Below are positions 1 to 12,127 of a stretch of DNA of 64,000 bases, in pieces. The notes under the pieces are model-generated. The model was not told where the DNA came from and searched no databases. It worked only from the letters and a program-made list of their open reading frames with translations. Made by a program: the position numbers and the translations under genes. Every line of letters starts with the position of its first letter. Position 1 is the stretch's first letter. Source of the stretch: Yuukianura sp. NJ FZ-2021 (lineage: Eukaryota); the NCBI GenBank assembly GCA_046563655.1, contig CM102288.1, positions 5,828,001-5,892,000 on the forward strand, in the 5' to 3' direction.

Positions 1-1
1 A

Positions 2-1420
2 ATGAAGCTCATCTTCGTCGTCTGCGCTCTGCGCATGTTCGTACTTGTCCAAGCAGTTACGCATCAACTCAACTCTGACGAAGATGAAGATACTTTGGTT
101 ATTCAGGGGATTAGGCACCCCCTGGAACAGCCTAAACAGCACCAATCCCCGGAAAAAGCGGAAGTGACTGGACAGGAAGGAATAAAGCAGGAAAGAGGAG
201 TTGAGCCTGAAATTGATGCCACAATCCCCAGAAACGTCAGATACTCTTCAGGCGGATATGGTGATGGTGGCTACAGTAACCACCAAGGTGGCTACGATAA
301 CCACCACACCGGGCATGGCTGGAGCCCACCTACTTATCAACATGGACACTCTGCTGGAGGTGTAGTGTGCACTGTTTGTTCCAACTACGAGGCTCAACAA
401 TGCTGTGCTTTCGGTTTTCGCCAATGTTGTAACGTTAGAGTCTACCACAACAATCATCATTCTGTCGGAGGAGCCGGATACACTCACATCAGTAAGAAAA
501 TTAACTAAAATGTTACTTTTTTTTACTTAACTTATTATATTATTAATATTTAATTATTATTATTACTATTATTTTATATTATATTATTCCAAGGTCCTCC
601 AAGTGTCTACAGCAGTACACATCTAGAGAAGCCTGGAAGTTGCAGAAGCCACTCCAACTTCGGTTACAGTAACCATGGCTACGTTAATCAAAACGCTGGT
701 TACTACGCGACTCGGAGGGAAGATAGAGTGAAACGAGATGCCCCACTTGTTGGGACCCACCAAACATACGGCCCACCTTACCACAGTATGTTAGGAAAAA
801 ATAAGGTAGCTAGTGTTACCACTAGACCATGGTGCCTCCTGTACCAAATGAAGGCTCTACAGCTTATGTTATCCCACACGACCCCGCCGCCTAAGCTTCG
901 GCCCCCGAAGCTAAAGCCTCAACCAACAAGACAGAAATACACACTGAGTTGACACTAACCTAGGGGAACAGGGAACCGAACTATGCGGCAAAGGGACAAA
1001 CAAACACCAATTAACCTAATCAACTCAGATATGCAATTCAGCTTGCAGGGAAGCCCTCGTCAGCAAAGGTGGAGTTCTCATTGAAGGTGGGAATGACCTC
1101 CGAGAAAAAATCCACCTCGCTGGTTCGCGAACGGTCGTCCACCACTCTGTTAGGAAAAAATAAGGTAGCTAGTGTTACCACTAGACCATGGTGCCTCCTG
1201 TACCAAATGAAGGCTCTACAGCTTATGTTATCCCACAAGTACCACTGGTGGCTACGGTTACTCCAGTGGACATAATGGTGGCTACGGAGTGCCTTCAGGT
1301 GGCTACGGATCTCCTTCTGGTGGCTACGGATCAAACCACTGTCGTAGAGACTACGATTGCCCGGGAAACGAAAAATGCTGCAGCGGACACTGTTCGAATC
1401 CTGTAGCTGTTATTGGATAA
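2..1420 (+). CDS. Secreted Gly/His/Tyr-rich protein with C-terminal WAP-like Cys motif (crustin/waprin-like); exon 2 interrupted by a mini-LTR element
   Basis: Signal peptide; exon 1 2-491 (GT at 492), exon 2 from 594. Removing 789-1237 and one AGTA copy restores ...PYHSTTGGYG...NHCRRDYDCPGNEKCCSGHCSNPVAVIG* (stop 1418-1420); EKPGSC upstream resembles a WAP start. Confidence 0.7.
789..1237 (-). mobile_element. Miniature non-autonomous LTR retroelement (TRIM-like), 449 bp
   Basis: Identical 90-bp direct repeats 789-878 and 1148-1237, each TG...CA; 4-bp TSD AGTA (785-788, 1238-1241); on the minus strand a PBS-like TGGTGGACGACCG 3 nt after the 5' LTR and purine-rich AGGCGGCGGGG just before the 3' LTR. 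Confidence 0.85.
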
Positions 1421-1993
1421 TAAAAAAACGTGCAAATCTTGAAACTGCCAATCAAAACATAATTTTATTTGATTTTCTGCAATGAATAACAACACAATAT
1501 GTAAAAACGACTTTGATCGTATTTCCCGCCAGTTCATACGTACTTTAAAAAATCGTTAATAGTGTTTATGCTTACAATTACTCTTAATTGCAAATTAATT
1601 TTTTTGTAAAATCGAAAACAAACTTGAGTTTAATAGTTCAGCAGTTCAGGAAAAGTATTATAGGTATCAACAAACCTTGAACTTAAACTTTGTTTAAAAA
1701 AAAACAATTTTTGGTCTGGCTATTGTGACAATTAAAATTTCCTCATGAGTTTTCCTGAATAAATTCCCGCAAGTGTTTTATCCTCTACGGGAAACCGAGT
1801 TTCCGGTATGAAAATACTGAAATTTAGTCAATTCTAAAAAAAAACGTAGAGGCTGAAAACCGCAAGAGCCTGCTCAAAAGTTATAAATATTCGAGAGCTT
1901 CGTGTTTGCACCTGAAACAATATTTAGAAAAACCTAATCATTTGAACACAAAACCAATAAGCTTTTTTCATTTTTTTTCAAAAACTTTTGAAA

Positions 1994-2767
1994 ATGGGTG
2001 CAGCAGCTTTTGGCTTGTTGATAGTATTGTTGAGTGGGGGCCAATTTTTATGTTTTGTGAAATGTCAAGGACCAAATATAGGTAATGGGTTGTACATCAT
2101 TACGAGTGCAGTAAAAGGTGCAGATAACGCCGTAAGGAAGATTTTCAAAAAAAAAATATATGAAAATTTTGAAAAAGTTAAGTTAGGTTAGGTTAGGTAA
2201 TAATTTCTCACATGTTTTAGTAGTGTTTCATTTCTTAAATTAGGAATATGCGCTACATGTCGAGGGACGTGCAACTTCCAAAAATTTGCATGACGTTATG
2301 TTGCAAACTTCTTCCCAGCCTACTGGCCAATTTTTCTGGGATCTCAGAAACAGTTAGTTCAACTTTTTCAAAAATAAAATAATTTTTTGAAATTTTTTTT
2401 TTTTTCAAAATTTTGAAAACTAGAGAACGCATGGCTTTCGACGTTGATTCCACCCACTAATCCTCAAAACATTGTGTCTCAAAATGAGCATGGAGTGCCG
2501 TATCAGTTTCAATTTCCACCAATTGGAGCTTACATGTTCAGAATCGAAAGATTTGTTGGAAACTCTATGGAATGTCTCAAAAGCAACGGGTATTTATTTT
2601 TTAAAATAAAATGGCACAATCAAATCCCTCCAAACTTTTTGAAAACAAAAACTTTTTATTTTAGAGTTGGCAAAAGTGTTTCGTTCGTTTCTTGTGGTCG
2701 CCCAGACAGAGATGACCAGTCATTGCTTTGGGAGTTTAAAGTGGTTGCCAGGTCAACACTCTTGTAA
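1994..2767 (+). CDS. Small secreted multi-exon protein, possibly beta-trefoil/ricin-B-like
   Basis: Signal peptide MGAAAFGLLIVLL; coding blocks near 1994-2131, 2244-2350, 2424-2589 and 2665-2767 separated by AT-rich GT-AG introns. Fold guess is weak. Confidence 0.5.
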
Positions 2768-3347
2768 ACACTCCATATCGATTTACAGTTGTGGCTTGTA
2801 CTTACTAAGGGAGTTACTTTCTCAATTGGAGACTTGAATTAATTCTGTTATTTCAAAAAAAAATTGTTTGACTCGAACTAAAATACAAAGCACATTGAAG
2901 TAATAAATATTTGCAACATTCAAATATGAAATAACCAAAAATGGCTCCAGGTCAGAGTCGACAATGCAATTGCCGACAAAGTCAATAACAGACAACGGTT
3001 AAAGCCAGCTTTCCATTTTTGTCATGTTTAGGTCATTTCGTTGTACGACATTTCTGCGATTCCGAGGATTAGGGAGTCTCTTCTTCGTCAACAAAGAGGG
3101 GGTTGGGAACGACACCAACGGAATGATTGCGCAATTCTCGTAGTGATTACGCTCCTCTCTTCAACAACAAACAACATAAACTGCCATATACAGCTGGAGT
3201 TTCACCATCGTTCGTAATTCGTAAGTCACACTTTCAATTATTGGACAGCCTTCCTAGTCACACGAGATGGTGACAGCTTGCCACTGACAAGTCTTCTGTT
3301 GGTTGAACTGAACTGCATTTATCTAAATCTGTTTTCAGCTGGTATCC

Positions 3348-4019
3348 ATGGAGACTCGTCAGGAGTGGTGCTCAATCATTGGAAGAGCGAAGGCCAAGGT
3401 CATTCGACTCGGGATACGCCATAAATCAGCCGCCTATGCAAGGTGGCTCAGAACAGCACCACCAGAAATCCGCCATCGTCTCCAACTTCCATCATCATAT
3501 TCGTCACAGGATCGCAGTAGTTCCGGTCATGCCACACAGTCCTCTATGGAATGTATTGAAATTTTGTCACCAACATCTACGCCTGTCTCGGATGACTTTG
3601 GAATCGGTACAGCCAGTCGTGACACTGACCGAGGTGTGGAACTTCTGCATGAGACATCCTCTTCTCAGGACAGCGATTCTCCACAAATCATCTTTGTTAG
3701 TGCAAGGAAGCGACCTGTTCCAGAAGGTTTCTGTCACTACTGTCCAGGGAATAAGCGAATACGACCAACTACGGACGAAGCTGGTTCACAAACGGACGAC
3801 TCATCTTTCCAAAGTCAACCGTCGCTGACTCTTCCGATTCTGCCACTGCCACCACGAAGACCGGACTGTCCATGCCTCTGTTTCTGTGGGGAACACGAGT
3901 TGGACAGTGATGGACCAACGTCTGCTAATCGTTTTTGTGCCTCAGTATTTCCCAACTTATCGCCAAGCAAAATGGCTCATCTCAACTCACTCCTGGCAGC
4001 AGCTGATCTCAACATGTGA
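3348..4019 (+). CDS. Hypothetical Ser-rich protein with Cys/His clusters
   Basis: 223-aa ATG ORF, more GC-rich than its flanks; CHYC and CPCLCFCGEH motifs; no recognised family. Confidence 0.35.
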   Translation: METRQEWCSIIGRAKAKVIRLGIRHKSAAYARWLRTAPPEIRHRLQLPSSYSSQDRSSSGHATQSSMECIEILSPTSTPVSDDFGIGTASRDTDRGVELLHETSSSQDSDSPQIIFVSARKRPVPEGFCHYCPGNKRIRPTTDEAGSQTDDSSFQSQPSLTLPILPLPPRRPDCPCLCFCGEHELDSDGPTSANRFCASVFPNLSPSKMAHLNSLLAAADLNM

Positions 4020-4234
4020 AAAACTTCCGCTCTTTGAATGTAATCCAACCTTGTTCAGTGTAATACGTCGACGTGACAGCAGTTTTGCACAGTATCCAAT
4101 TCACAAGGTGACTAAAATTCCAAATTCTAGAACATCTACGTTTAAATTCCCCGGGAAAAGTTTCATTTTTAAGTTTTAGAAACCCTTCGTTTTAAAATTT
4201 TTATTTCATTAAACACTGTTTAAAGTTTTAGATT

Positions 4235-7200
4235 TCAAGCAACTTGATGTGCTGGCGTTATTCCTGCTCTGATCCACGAAATATCATCGTTGGCCACTTG
4301 GTCCAGATCCACTTTCACTGCAGTCGTCCCATTTGAATGTTTTGTTGTAGTAATAGCTGTAGTTATGCTATTTACCGTGTCATCTGATGATTGTCGCGCT
4401 AAGGCCACTTTCTTTTCTCGCTTTGCTCCATCATGCGACGGTTTTTCTAGAATTCTGAAAGCAGAGTCGCTGTCACTTCCACTGTCATCATCACTATCGC
4501 TGGACGACGGAATGTCGTAGACAGGAGCCTGGAGGTGCTCCACAACCGATTCCATTCGGCTACTAAAATGGTAAGAATTGACGTTATTTCCTATAAATCG
4601 TTAATTAAACGAATCCGAAACGTTTTGACACTTACCTTTCCCTGACTTGCTTCGAAATTGAAGCAATCAACTGATTGCAGAAGTAGGAAATTGAAGGTCT
4701 CATCTGGGGAGAGATGTCCATCATCTGCAATTTCAATGAAGAAGCAAGTAGGATTTGAATTTTCGAAGTTTCAAATCAGTTATTACGTTAAAAATTTTAA
4801 CAATTTCACGACTTTGGAAAAGTTAACGTTACCTGTCTTATAACATGAGCTCCTGGAATACCGAGGACTCCTTGAGGCAAGGGCCCCGACCCCTTGACGA
4901 CGGACACAGACTTCTCAGCAACCAGTTTTGCAAAAGGAGTCAAAGTGGAAGTTCCTTTCTTTATTTTCACGTTCTGCGTGATAGACGAATCTCCCGCATT
5001 CTCTCTGGATTGCATTCCGCACAACTCCTAGAACCAAAAATTCAAAAGCAACAAGTTTCAATTTGGTTTCAATTTCAACTCAATTTTAACTTTTCAATTT
5101 CACTAAATTATTGCTACTTACCTGAGATGAGTTGATGAAGACGAGCATTGAGAGCCGACTGTGACTTTCCGCCGAAGTGTAGGGATTAGGCACAAAAATG
5201 GAGGAGACGATCTTCGATCGAGAAACGTTCTTGTGGACAGCCAGCGGCTCTGGAGTGTCAGGTTTAAAAAAATACACTGAAAAAAATCAAAACCAAAATT
5301 CATAAGTTATAAACCCAATCATCCGATTTGTTTTTGAACATTTACGAAATTCAAGAGCGCGGGAAACTTTAAAAACGTTTGTATTACAGTGTCGTTTGGT
5401 TGAAAACGCAGCGACAAGGTTTGAACAATGATCGACTGCTAAGCTCTCCACTTCCAGTGGAACTCTCCACATCAGTGTCAGAGTAATGACGTCCCATACG
5501 ATCAAGTCCTTCTCAGTAGCACAGATCAGAAGGTTAGGAGTGGGATGGGCACTGAATTCGGCCAATCTGAGCACCAAAATATCAATTAATCATTAATCAA
5601 TTAAAGCAATTAATTAATCATCAGAATCCACATCATGCTCTACTAATTATACATTCTTACTTGATGCGTTGGGTGAGCTTAGTGTGAGACAGAGTTCCGC
5701 TCAGCTCGTGAGTATCCGCCTTCCAGAGAGTTACGGTGTGTCCAAAGGCGGCTGCCAGGACAGATCCATCACAGGAAAACGTGAGTGGCCCAGCATCTTC
5801 GTTGCGATAACTTCCAACGTTCTCACATGTCCACCACTCGCTCTTCCCATGAATACTTGTGTCATGCACCAAGCCCCACGTTCTAAATCGCTTGTCCCCG
5901 CCAGAAGATGCCCCCATCACTAATCCTGTCTAAAAAAAAATAATGTTTTCAAAAAATAAGTCCAAAAATTTTCATTTTTCCGAAAAGTTCTAAACTCACC
6001 TCGTCATCTCCCGGCTGAATCTTCAAACTCACGATGCCATTTTCATGAGGCCAGTTGATCGCTGTATTGAGGACATATCTGGAGCAAAACAAAAGTAATA
6101 AGTCAATCAATTAATCAACCATCATTCGTTAATTAAGTAAAAATGCCCTGAGTATTATCAAAAGTTCATACTCACAATTGTTTGGTTTTATCAAACTTCC
6201 AGAATTTGAGTCTCAGTTCGTGGTACTTGGTTTCCTCAACTAAACTTTCAACAGTGGCCAACCAAATACCGTGTGAAGAAAAGGCTACGTGGGATACATC
6301 GGCATTCGGAATCACTTTCTTCCTGTCTGCAGTCACGTAGTTTTGTTGTGTTATGTCCAGCTGATCAAAGTTAAGTGAGTATGAGAATTCAAAAAGATAG
6401 CACGGGAAATTTTGAAAATGAATTACGAAACGAAAACATTTTGCTTGTGATTTACTTACGGTATAGAAATGCTTGTCTTCCAGGAGGGAGTAGCACTGGA
6501 GATGACCAGGACGTCCATTCATAACTAAACTTTTTCTGTTCGGGTCAAAGTTGAGACCTGCTTGGTACACTGAACTTCCACCAAATGACCTCGAACTGAT
6601 ATTTTCATCATCAACACCTTCAGGAATGTAGCATTGAGTAATGTTCTGGATCACTCGTGTCACCATGTTCCCTTCGTCCACAAGTTGAATAGCTACAAAA
6701 ACGCAATCGGAGGGGCAAACGTTTAGATGTCACGAAAGAACGTAATGTAGAAACGTTTTCTGATTTTTGATGGACCGGATCTTACAATTATCGGCATGTG
6801 ACACAGCCACTAAGACGTTTCCGTATGACACGGCGATATGTCTGATTGGAAGTCCCATTCGGGGAAGAATTCTTCTGTCCATGCAGTCCGTAGTGTCCCA
6901 CCGAACCAAACAGCACTCACCTCCCCCACTAAGTAGTTTGCTCCCTATCAATTAATTCATCAATTACTTTAACTTAATTACTTTGACACATCAAGGGTAG
7001 TTCGCTCATCACTTACCATCAGTGCTAAATGACAAGTCTGCGACAGGTAGAGTGTGCCAGTGATAAACAGCTTTGGCCGGTGACTTGTCCTCCATGAAAT
7101 TCCGCCACAGTAGAATCCGCCCAGAGTCATCTCCAGTGGCTACTAACCACTCATGTGGATGAGCGGCAACGCATGTGAAAGCACGAGTTCCGGATTTGTG

Positions 7201-7898
7201 CCACTTCGTTCCACCCGAGGCGACATTCATCATGAAAACAGAGTCTGATTGGATAGCAGAGATCAGCTGACCGGTGGCACCAGTTGCCACGGCATGACTT
7301 GTCTTTAGAATCCTCCAGCAGATCTTCTCAAGATGATATTTCCCTTGGTTGGAATCGGGGTCTCGCGTGGCCAGATACAGCATGACCTCTTCCTCGTTCT
7401 CTAGATGACCCGTTAGAAGCAGAGTTCCGGTTCTCAAGAATGTAACATTCAACCACTTTGTTATCTTCGTCCACTGTTTAGGCACACTTCGATTAATATT
7501 TTCTACCGACGTGATCTCGCAGGCGTCAAGACAAACATGAAGAAGGTCTCCTGCTTCCGTGAGAACAATCAAGCTGTCGCTGCCACTGGAAGGTGACGAA
7601 GGATTGAAGGCGACATTAGCGATGGGAGCTGAGTTGGGTACTTGAACTAGGCCGACACAGTCTGCACTTTCGGTACTGTATACTAGCAGAGTGTCACCTG
7701 ATACCACGAGGAGGTGTCTGTAGAAATAAATTAGTTCTTAGTAGAAATCATGAATGAGTTCGAAACCTTAAGTATGCTAATGATTAATCCAATTAGTTCT
7801 TACTTCGAATCGTTAGTGAATATTGGACGATGAGACACTAGGTTTCCCCCTCCACGAACTCCGACCTCGAAGTTCCGCAGCGTTTCCTCCAAAATCAT
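4235..7898 (-). CDS. WDR75: WD repeat-containing protein 75 (Utp17/NAN1), multi-exon
   Basis: N-terminus MILEETLRNFEVGVRGGGNLVSHRPIFTNDSK; motifs YHWHTLPVADLSFS, LLSGGGECCLVRW, LPRMG, NGRPGHLQ, LKFWKFD; acidic Ser-rich C-terminus. Confidence 0.9.
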
Positions 7899-8484
7899 GA
7901 TGAGTTAAGGGGAGGCCGAGTACAACTGAAAAGTTTCAAAATGAATTAGCAAAAAATTTTTGTTGTGATGGAGTAGATCAGTAGGTGTGTAACAAGTCCT
8001 CGTTCTTTTAATTCTTGCAATTGCGCATCCTGGATATCGATTGCCGTACGTTTTAATTCAGTAATTAATTAGTAATTACTCAAAAATAAATGAACAACCA
8101 AACTCAAAATTATTGTCAAACAACCGAAATTGAAAATTTACACGTGAACGGCTGTACGCTGTACTCGGCATGTTCCTGTTGACGTTAACCAGCATTCTAT
8201 TAACTGTAACCAAACAGCAAAACTTACCGAGACTCGAGATTTGTGACAATGCAAATAAAAACTAGAACAGAATGTATCCTTGCCGCCATTTTCAAATCTA
8301 ACCGGTCGTTGTAATGGATAAGCTTGTCTGACAAACAATAAGTGGAATATTGACGTGTTTGCGTTGTGGTAAAAACGGTGTGTGGTTACAACTTGGACAA
8401 TCTGTAGTACGCCAACCACTGTTGCCATTCTAGTGTGAAATGGGGAGACTATTCCACAGAAAGCCAGTATTCCGCAGACCAACG

Positions 8485-8516
8485 AGTTACATAAATTGGG
8501 CCCAATTTATGTAACT
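8485..8516. repeat. Perfect 32-bp palindrome
   Basis: AGTTACATAAATTGGG/CCCAATTTATGTAACT with no spacer. Confidence 0.95.
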
Positions 8517-9214
8517 TATGTAATTTCATGTAAAATTTTTTACTGTGTTTTCTCACGTTGTAGAAAACAAAATCAGATCGGAAGAAAACTGAATCCTTGA
8601 AAAGAGCTAATAATTTAGTAACTAAAATAAGTTATGTATTCAGGATAAATATGAAATTGATGTAAATAGCTGCTCCTCTCTTCTGTAGGTTAATTGACGT
8701 TGATGTACTTGACAAATGAAAAAATTTCGACATCAAAAGTTTTCATTTCCTAAAAATTCCCTACAAATGTAATTAATTCGAATTTCACAAAAATGAATAT
8801 CATTTAAAGTAATCTTTTTCGTTCGAAGGTAAGCGACTCCTCTTTCAGTTCAGTCAGTCACTATATTCTTAAAACCATTTTGACGACCACGCCCATAAAA
8901 ATAGATTCAGCCCTTGAAACTTGTATAAATTCAAGCTACCAATTTCCTGTTTTTTTTTTAAAATCCTGAAAAATTTATAAATTCGAATAAGGTCTGGCAA
9001 TATCGGCTTGAAAATTCTTTAAATTAGTATGCGTATTGACAACTCGGTGAATGTTGAATACACTTTTTCCCTGCAAACATCAGTCTAAAATCAGAATTCT
9101 TTGAAGCAGCATCGACAAAAACGTATTTCCCATAGAATTCTTCTTTCTGAACGCAAATTGCTCAATTGTTATCCAAATATTATAGATAAATAACATCTAA
9201 ATTACTATATAACA

Positions 9215-10449
9215 ATGTCTGCTTACACTGAACTTAATCAGTATTTGAAACTTGGCCAATATTTTAACATTTGCCCATACAATTTGGTCCGAATGAAATC
9301 AAATCAGTGGACAATGGAACTTGTTCCTCACAACACACTCAAAAAAGTAAAACTAATATCTCCAGTACTTCGAATAACTATGTACATCCTGGCTCTATCG
9401 ATTCCGTTACAAGCCATAGCAGAACGTAATCAACCTTTAAACTTTGCCGCTGAAATTGCCCTTGGCGCCTGTATAGCCTTTAATATCTACGCGGACATTC
9501 TTTGGAATACAGACTACAAGGCAGTCATTACGTTTGTCAACAGATTCCTCAAACTTGAGCACGACACACGTTAGTTATACAGCAACCTGTTTTGCACAAA
9601 AATACAAATACATTGAATTTGACAAGACTAATTTTCTTTGTTTCAGGCAAAACATTTAGTGATAAAATTTGTCGTGAACAGATTGACAACGTTGTGTACT
9701 TTTATGTACACATTTTCAAACTAGCGGTTTGCTCAGTGCTTGTCTATATACCAATAGTCGCTACTTTAGCTGCCTCAACTGACTTGTTCTTTATTGGGTT
9801 AATTGCGCGGGTAATTTCAATTTTAATGGGAAGCAATATTAGTGGAATAGTTTTTGCAAGCATTGTCGTATCTATTGCATGGAACTATACTGCATTCTGG
9901 GCTATGTATAGTTTGCTTTGTATTCCTTTAATTACTTCATTCGTTCAGCAGTGGTTGCAAACACTAGCAACACTTCAAGAATCTGGTACAAGTGACATAC
10001 AGCATGACAAATTTCGTCAGTTGTACAGAGAAATCCAAGTATTTTGGGCAATTTTCAATGAAAAGCAGAAATGGTGGATTCAAGCTGCTTACTGTGGAGA
10101 CGTACTTGCAATTATTTCATTTACATTTGCAATTTTCAAAAGCAACTGGAGAGCCAACCCTGTCATACCACTCATATTCACATTGATTGATATCATAGGA
10201 TTTGCGAGCGGGTTTGTCATTTGTCAGCAAGCTGTAAATCTCAAAGTGTATTCTGAGCGTTGCTACACTTTACAAAACACTAGGAATTTACCGCGTACAA
10301 AATATGAGAGGCATTTTAGGAAATCGTGTCAACCAATTGTAGTAAGCGTTGGCGATTTTTTTACAATTTCGGAAAGAGACTTCTGTCTCCAAACCTATGC
10401 AGATGTTGTTCTCAACACTACTGTTAGTCTTTTGTTAACATTTCGCTGA
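9215..10449 (+). CDS. Gustatory-receptor-like 7TM chemoreceptor, copy 1
   Basis: Exons 9215-9569 and 9647-10449; about 385 aa, multiple hydrophobic helices, C-terminal KSCQPIVVSVGDFFTI...TYADVVLNTTVSLLLTF resembling the arthropod GR/OR superfamily. Confidence 0.75.
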
Positions 10450-10763
10450 GCTAAAAACGTCCAAACTAATTAGCCACCATTTCAGTTTATTTTCTCATGT
10501 TGTAGGAAACAAAATCAGATCGGAAGGAAAGTTTGAAAACGCAAAAAGCCCTTGAAAAAAGGTTAATAATCGCTGTAAAAAGTAGTTGCTTGATGTCCTT
10601 GATGATGGTAAAAGAAAAAATTTAGACATAAATAAAATTTTCTCTTCCTGAAAATTCCCGAGAAATTTAATTAATTTAAATTCATGTTGGTGACAATTCT
10701 TCATTTTTTGACTGCAAATAATTAAATTCATTTAGAGATGAGTGAGGACATGTACAGTCAGTG

Positions 10764-10874
10764 GGGAGCACGCCATTGGCTCAAATGAATTGGTTCTAAA
10801 AACTTTGGTTCGAAGGAATTGGTTCAAATCGAATTGATTCTAAAGGTAAATTGGTTCTAAAGGTAAATTGGTAC
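10764..10874 (+). mobile_element. One-ended TIR element related to the 18695-18961 foldback element
   Basis: Terminus GGGAGCACGCCATTG followed by repeated AATTGGTTC subterminal motifs; abuts a receptor gene fragment. Confidence 0.55.
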
Positions 10875-11053
10875 AAAACAGTAGGAATTTACCACGTACA
10901 AAGTATGAGAGGCGGTTTCGAAAATCGTGCCAACCAATTGTAGCCAGCGTTGGCGAATTTTTTACAATTTCAGAAAGAGCTTTCTGTCTCCAAACCTAGT
11001 ACGCTGATGTTGTTCTGAACACTACTGCTAGTCTTTTGTTAACGTTTCGCTGA
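10875..11053 (+). pseudogene. 3' fragment of a GR-like paralog
   Basis: Matches the last ~180 bp of the neighbouring receptor CDSs, with an in-frame TAG insertion (ACC TAG TAC); 5' part missing. Confidence 0.85.
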
Positions 11054-11749
11054 CCTAAAAACGTTCAAATTTATTATCAACCATTAAAATAGTTGTGTTT
11101 AAATTTAAGCTAGTATTTATATAGCATTCTACTCTCTGGAACCTTTCTAGATACCATTGAATATTACGAAAAGGGCACTAAAACTTTAGGGAAAGAAACT
11201 TTTAAATGTAATTAATTACATCAAATTTAAAAACTTTTCAATAAAATTTTTTCTTTTTCTTTCAGAAAAAATGCTACCACTCATTTTTGAGACATTATTT
11301 CTCATACCACAGTTACAACTTTTAAAATAATCATTTTAAGCACGTGGATGTAAATATTTTAAGTCTCATAAGCTTTCTTAGGAAATCAATACAATTTTTC
11401 AAAGAATTCCCCTGAAATGTAATTAATTTAAATTTGGCATATTAGTATCTTTTTCGTTCGAAAGGAAGCCACTCCTTTTTCAAGTTAATCACGATATTCT
11501 CAAAACCATTTTGGCGACCAAGCACATAAAAAATAGAATTAGGCCTTCATACGTATCCAAGTTACCAATTTGCAAGCTTTTCAAAAAATTCAAAAAAATT
11601 TCTAAGTTTGAGTAAAGTCTGACCATATCAGCTTCTGAATTCTTAAAATTAATCTCCTTATTGACAACTCGTCCAATGTTGGTGGCAATTTTTCAATTCT
11701 TGGCTTGCAAATAATTTAATTCATTTAGAGGTGAGTGAGGACATAAGTA

Positions 11750-11984
11750 CAGTGAGGCCACTAAAAAGTTTAAACAAGAAAAAATAATGCTATGTATATT
11801 TTTCAGTTTCTGGGGGGAAAAACATATTGCCAAATGCCTCAAAAAACGTTTTGAACTGAGCTTGCAATTTAAAACGGAATGTGGTGAATATGTTGACAGA
11901 ATTTTCTCCCATTATTTATGAAGTTTTGCTTTATTGCCCGTAGCAACAATTATTTCCGTGTCCACTTTTTATTGCTTCTCACTG
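11750..11984. mobile_element. Tc1/mariner-type MITE upstream of GR copy 2
   Basis: TA-CAGTGAG...CTCACTG-TA with imperfect TIRs; homologous remnants at ~16353, ~19440 and ~20205. Confidence 0.7.
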
Positions 11985-12127
11985 TATGCCTCATCAGTTT
12001 TTCAAGGCGTCCATATATCCAGAAACAAATTGTATAAAACCGGAATTGTTTGAAGCGGCTTTGACAAAAACACATTTCCTACAGAATAATTCTGTTTGAA
12101 CTTGTCCTTACTGCAATCCAAATAACA

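Noticed and set aside
1038..1334. Minus-strand 98-aa ORF as the 3' end of a LINE with a 90-bp TSD
   Set aside because: TG..CA ends, a 4-bp TSD, PBS and PPT explain the repeats as LTRs; the ORF starts outside the element and has no recognisable motif.
8141..8146. CACGTG E-box upstream of WDR75 as a Myc site
   Set aside because: Plausible for a ribosome-biogenesis gene, but a single hexamer is not sufficient evidence.
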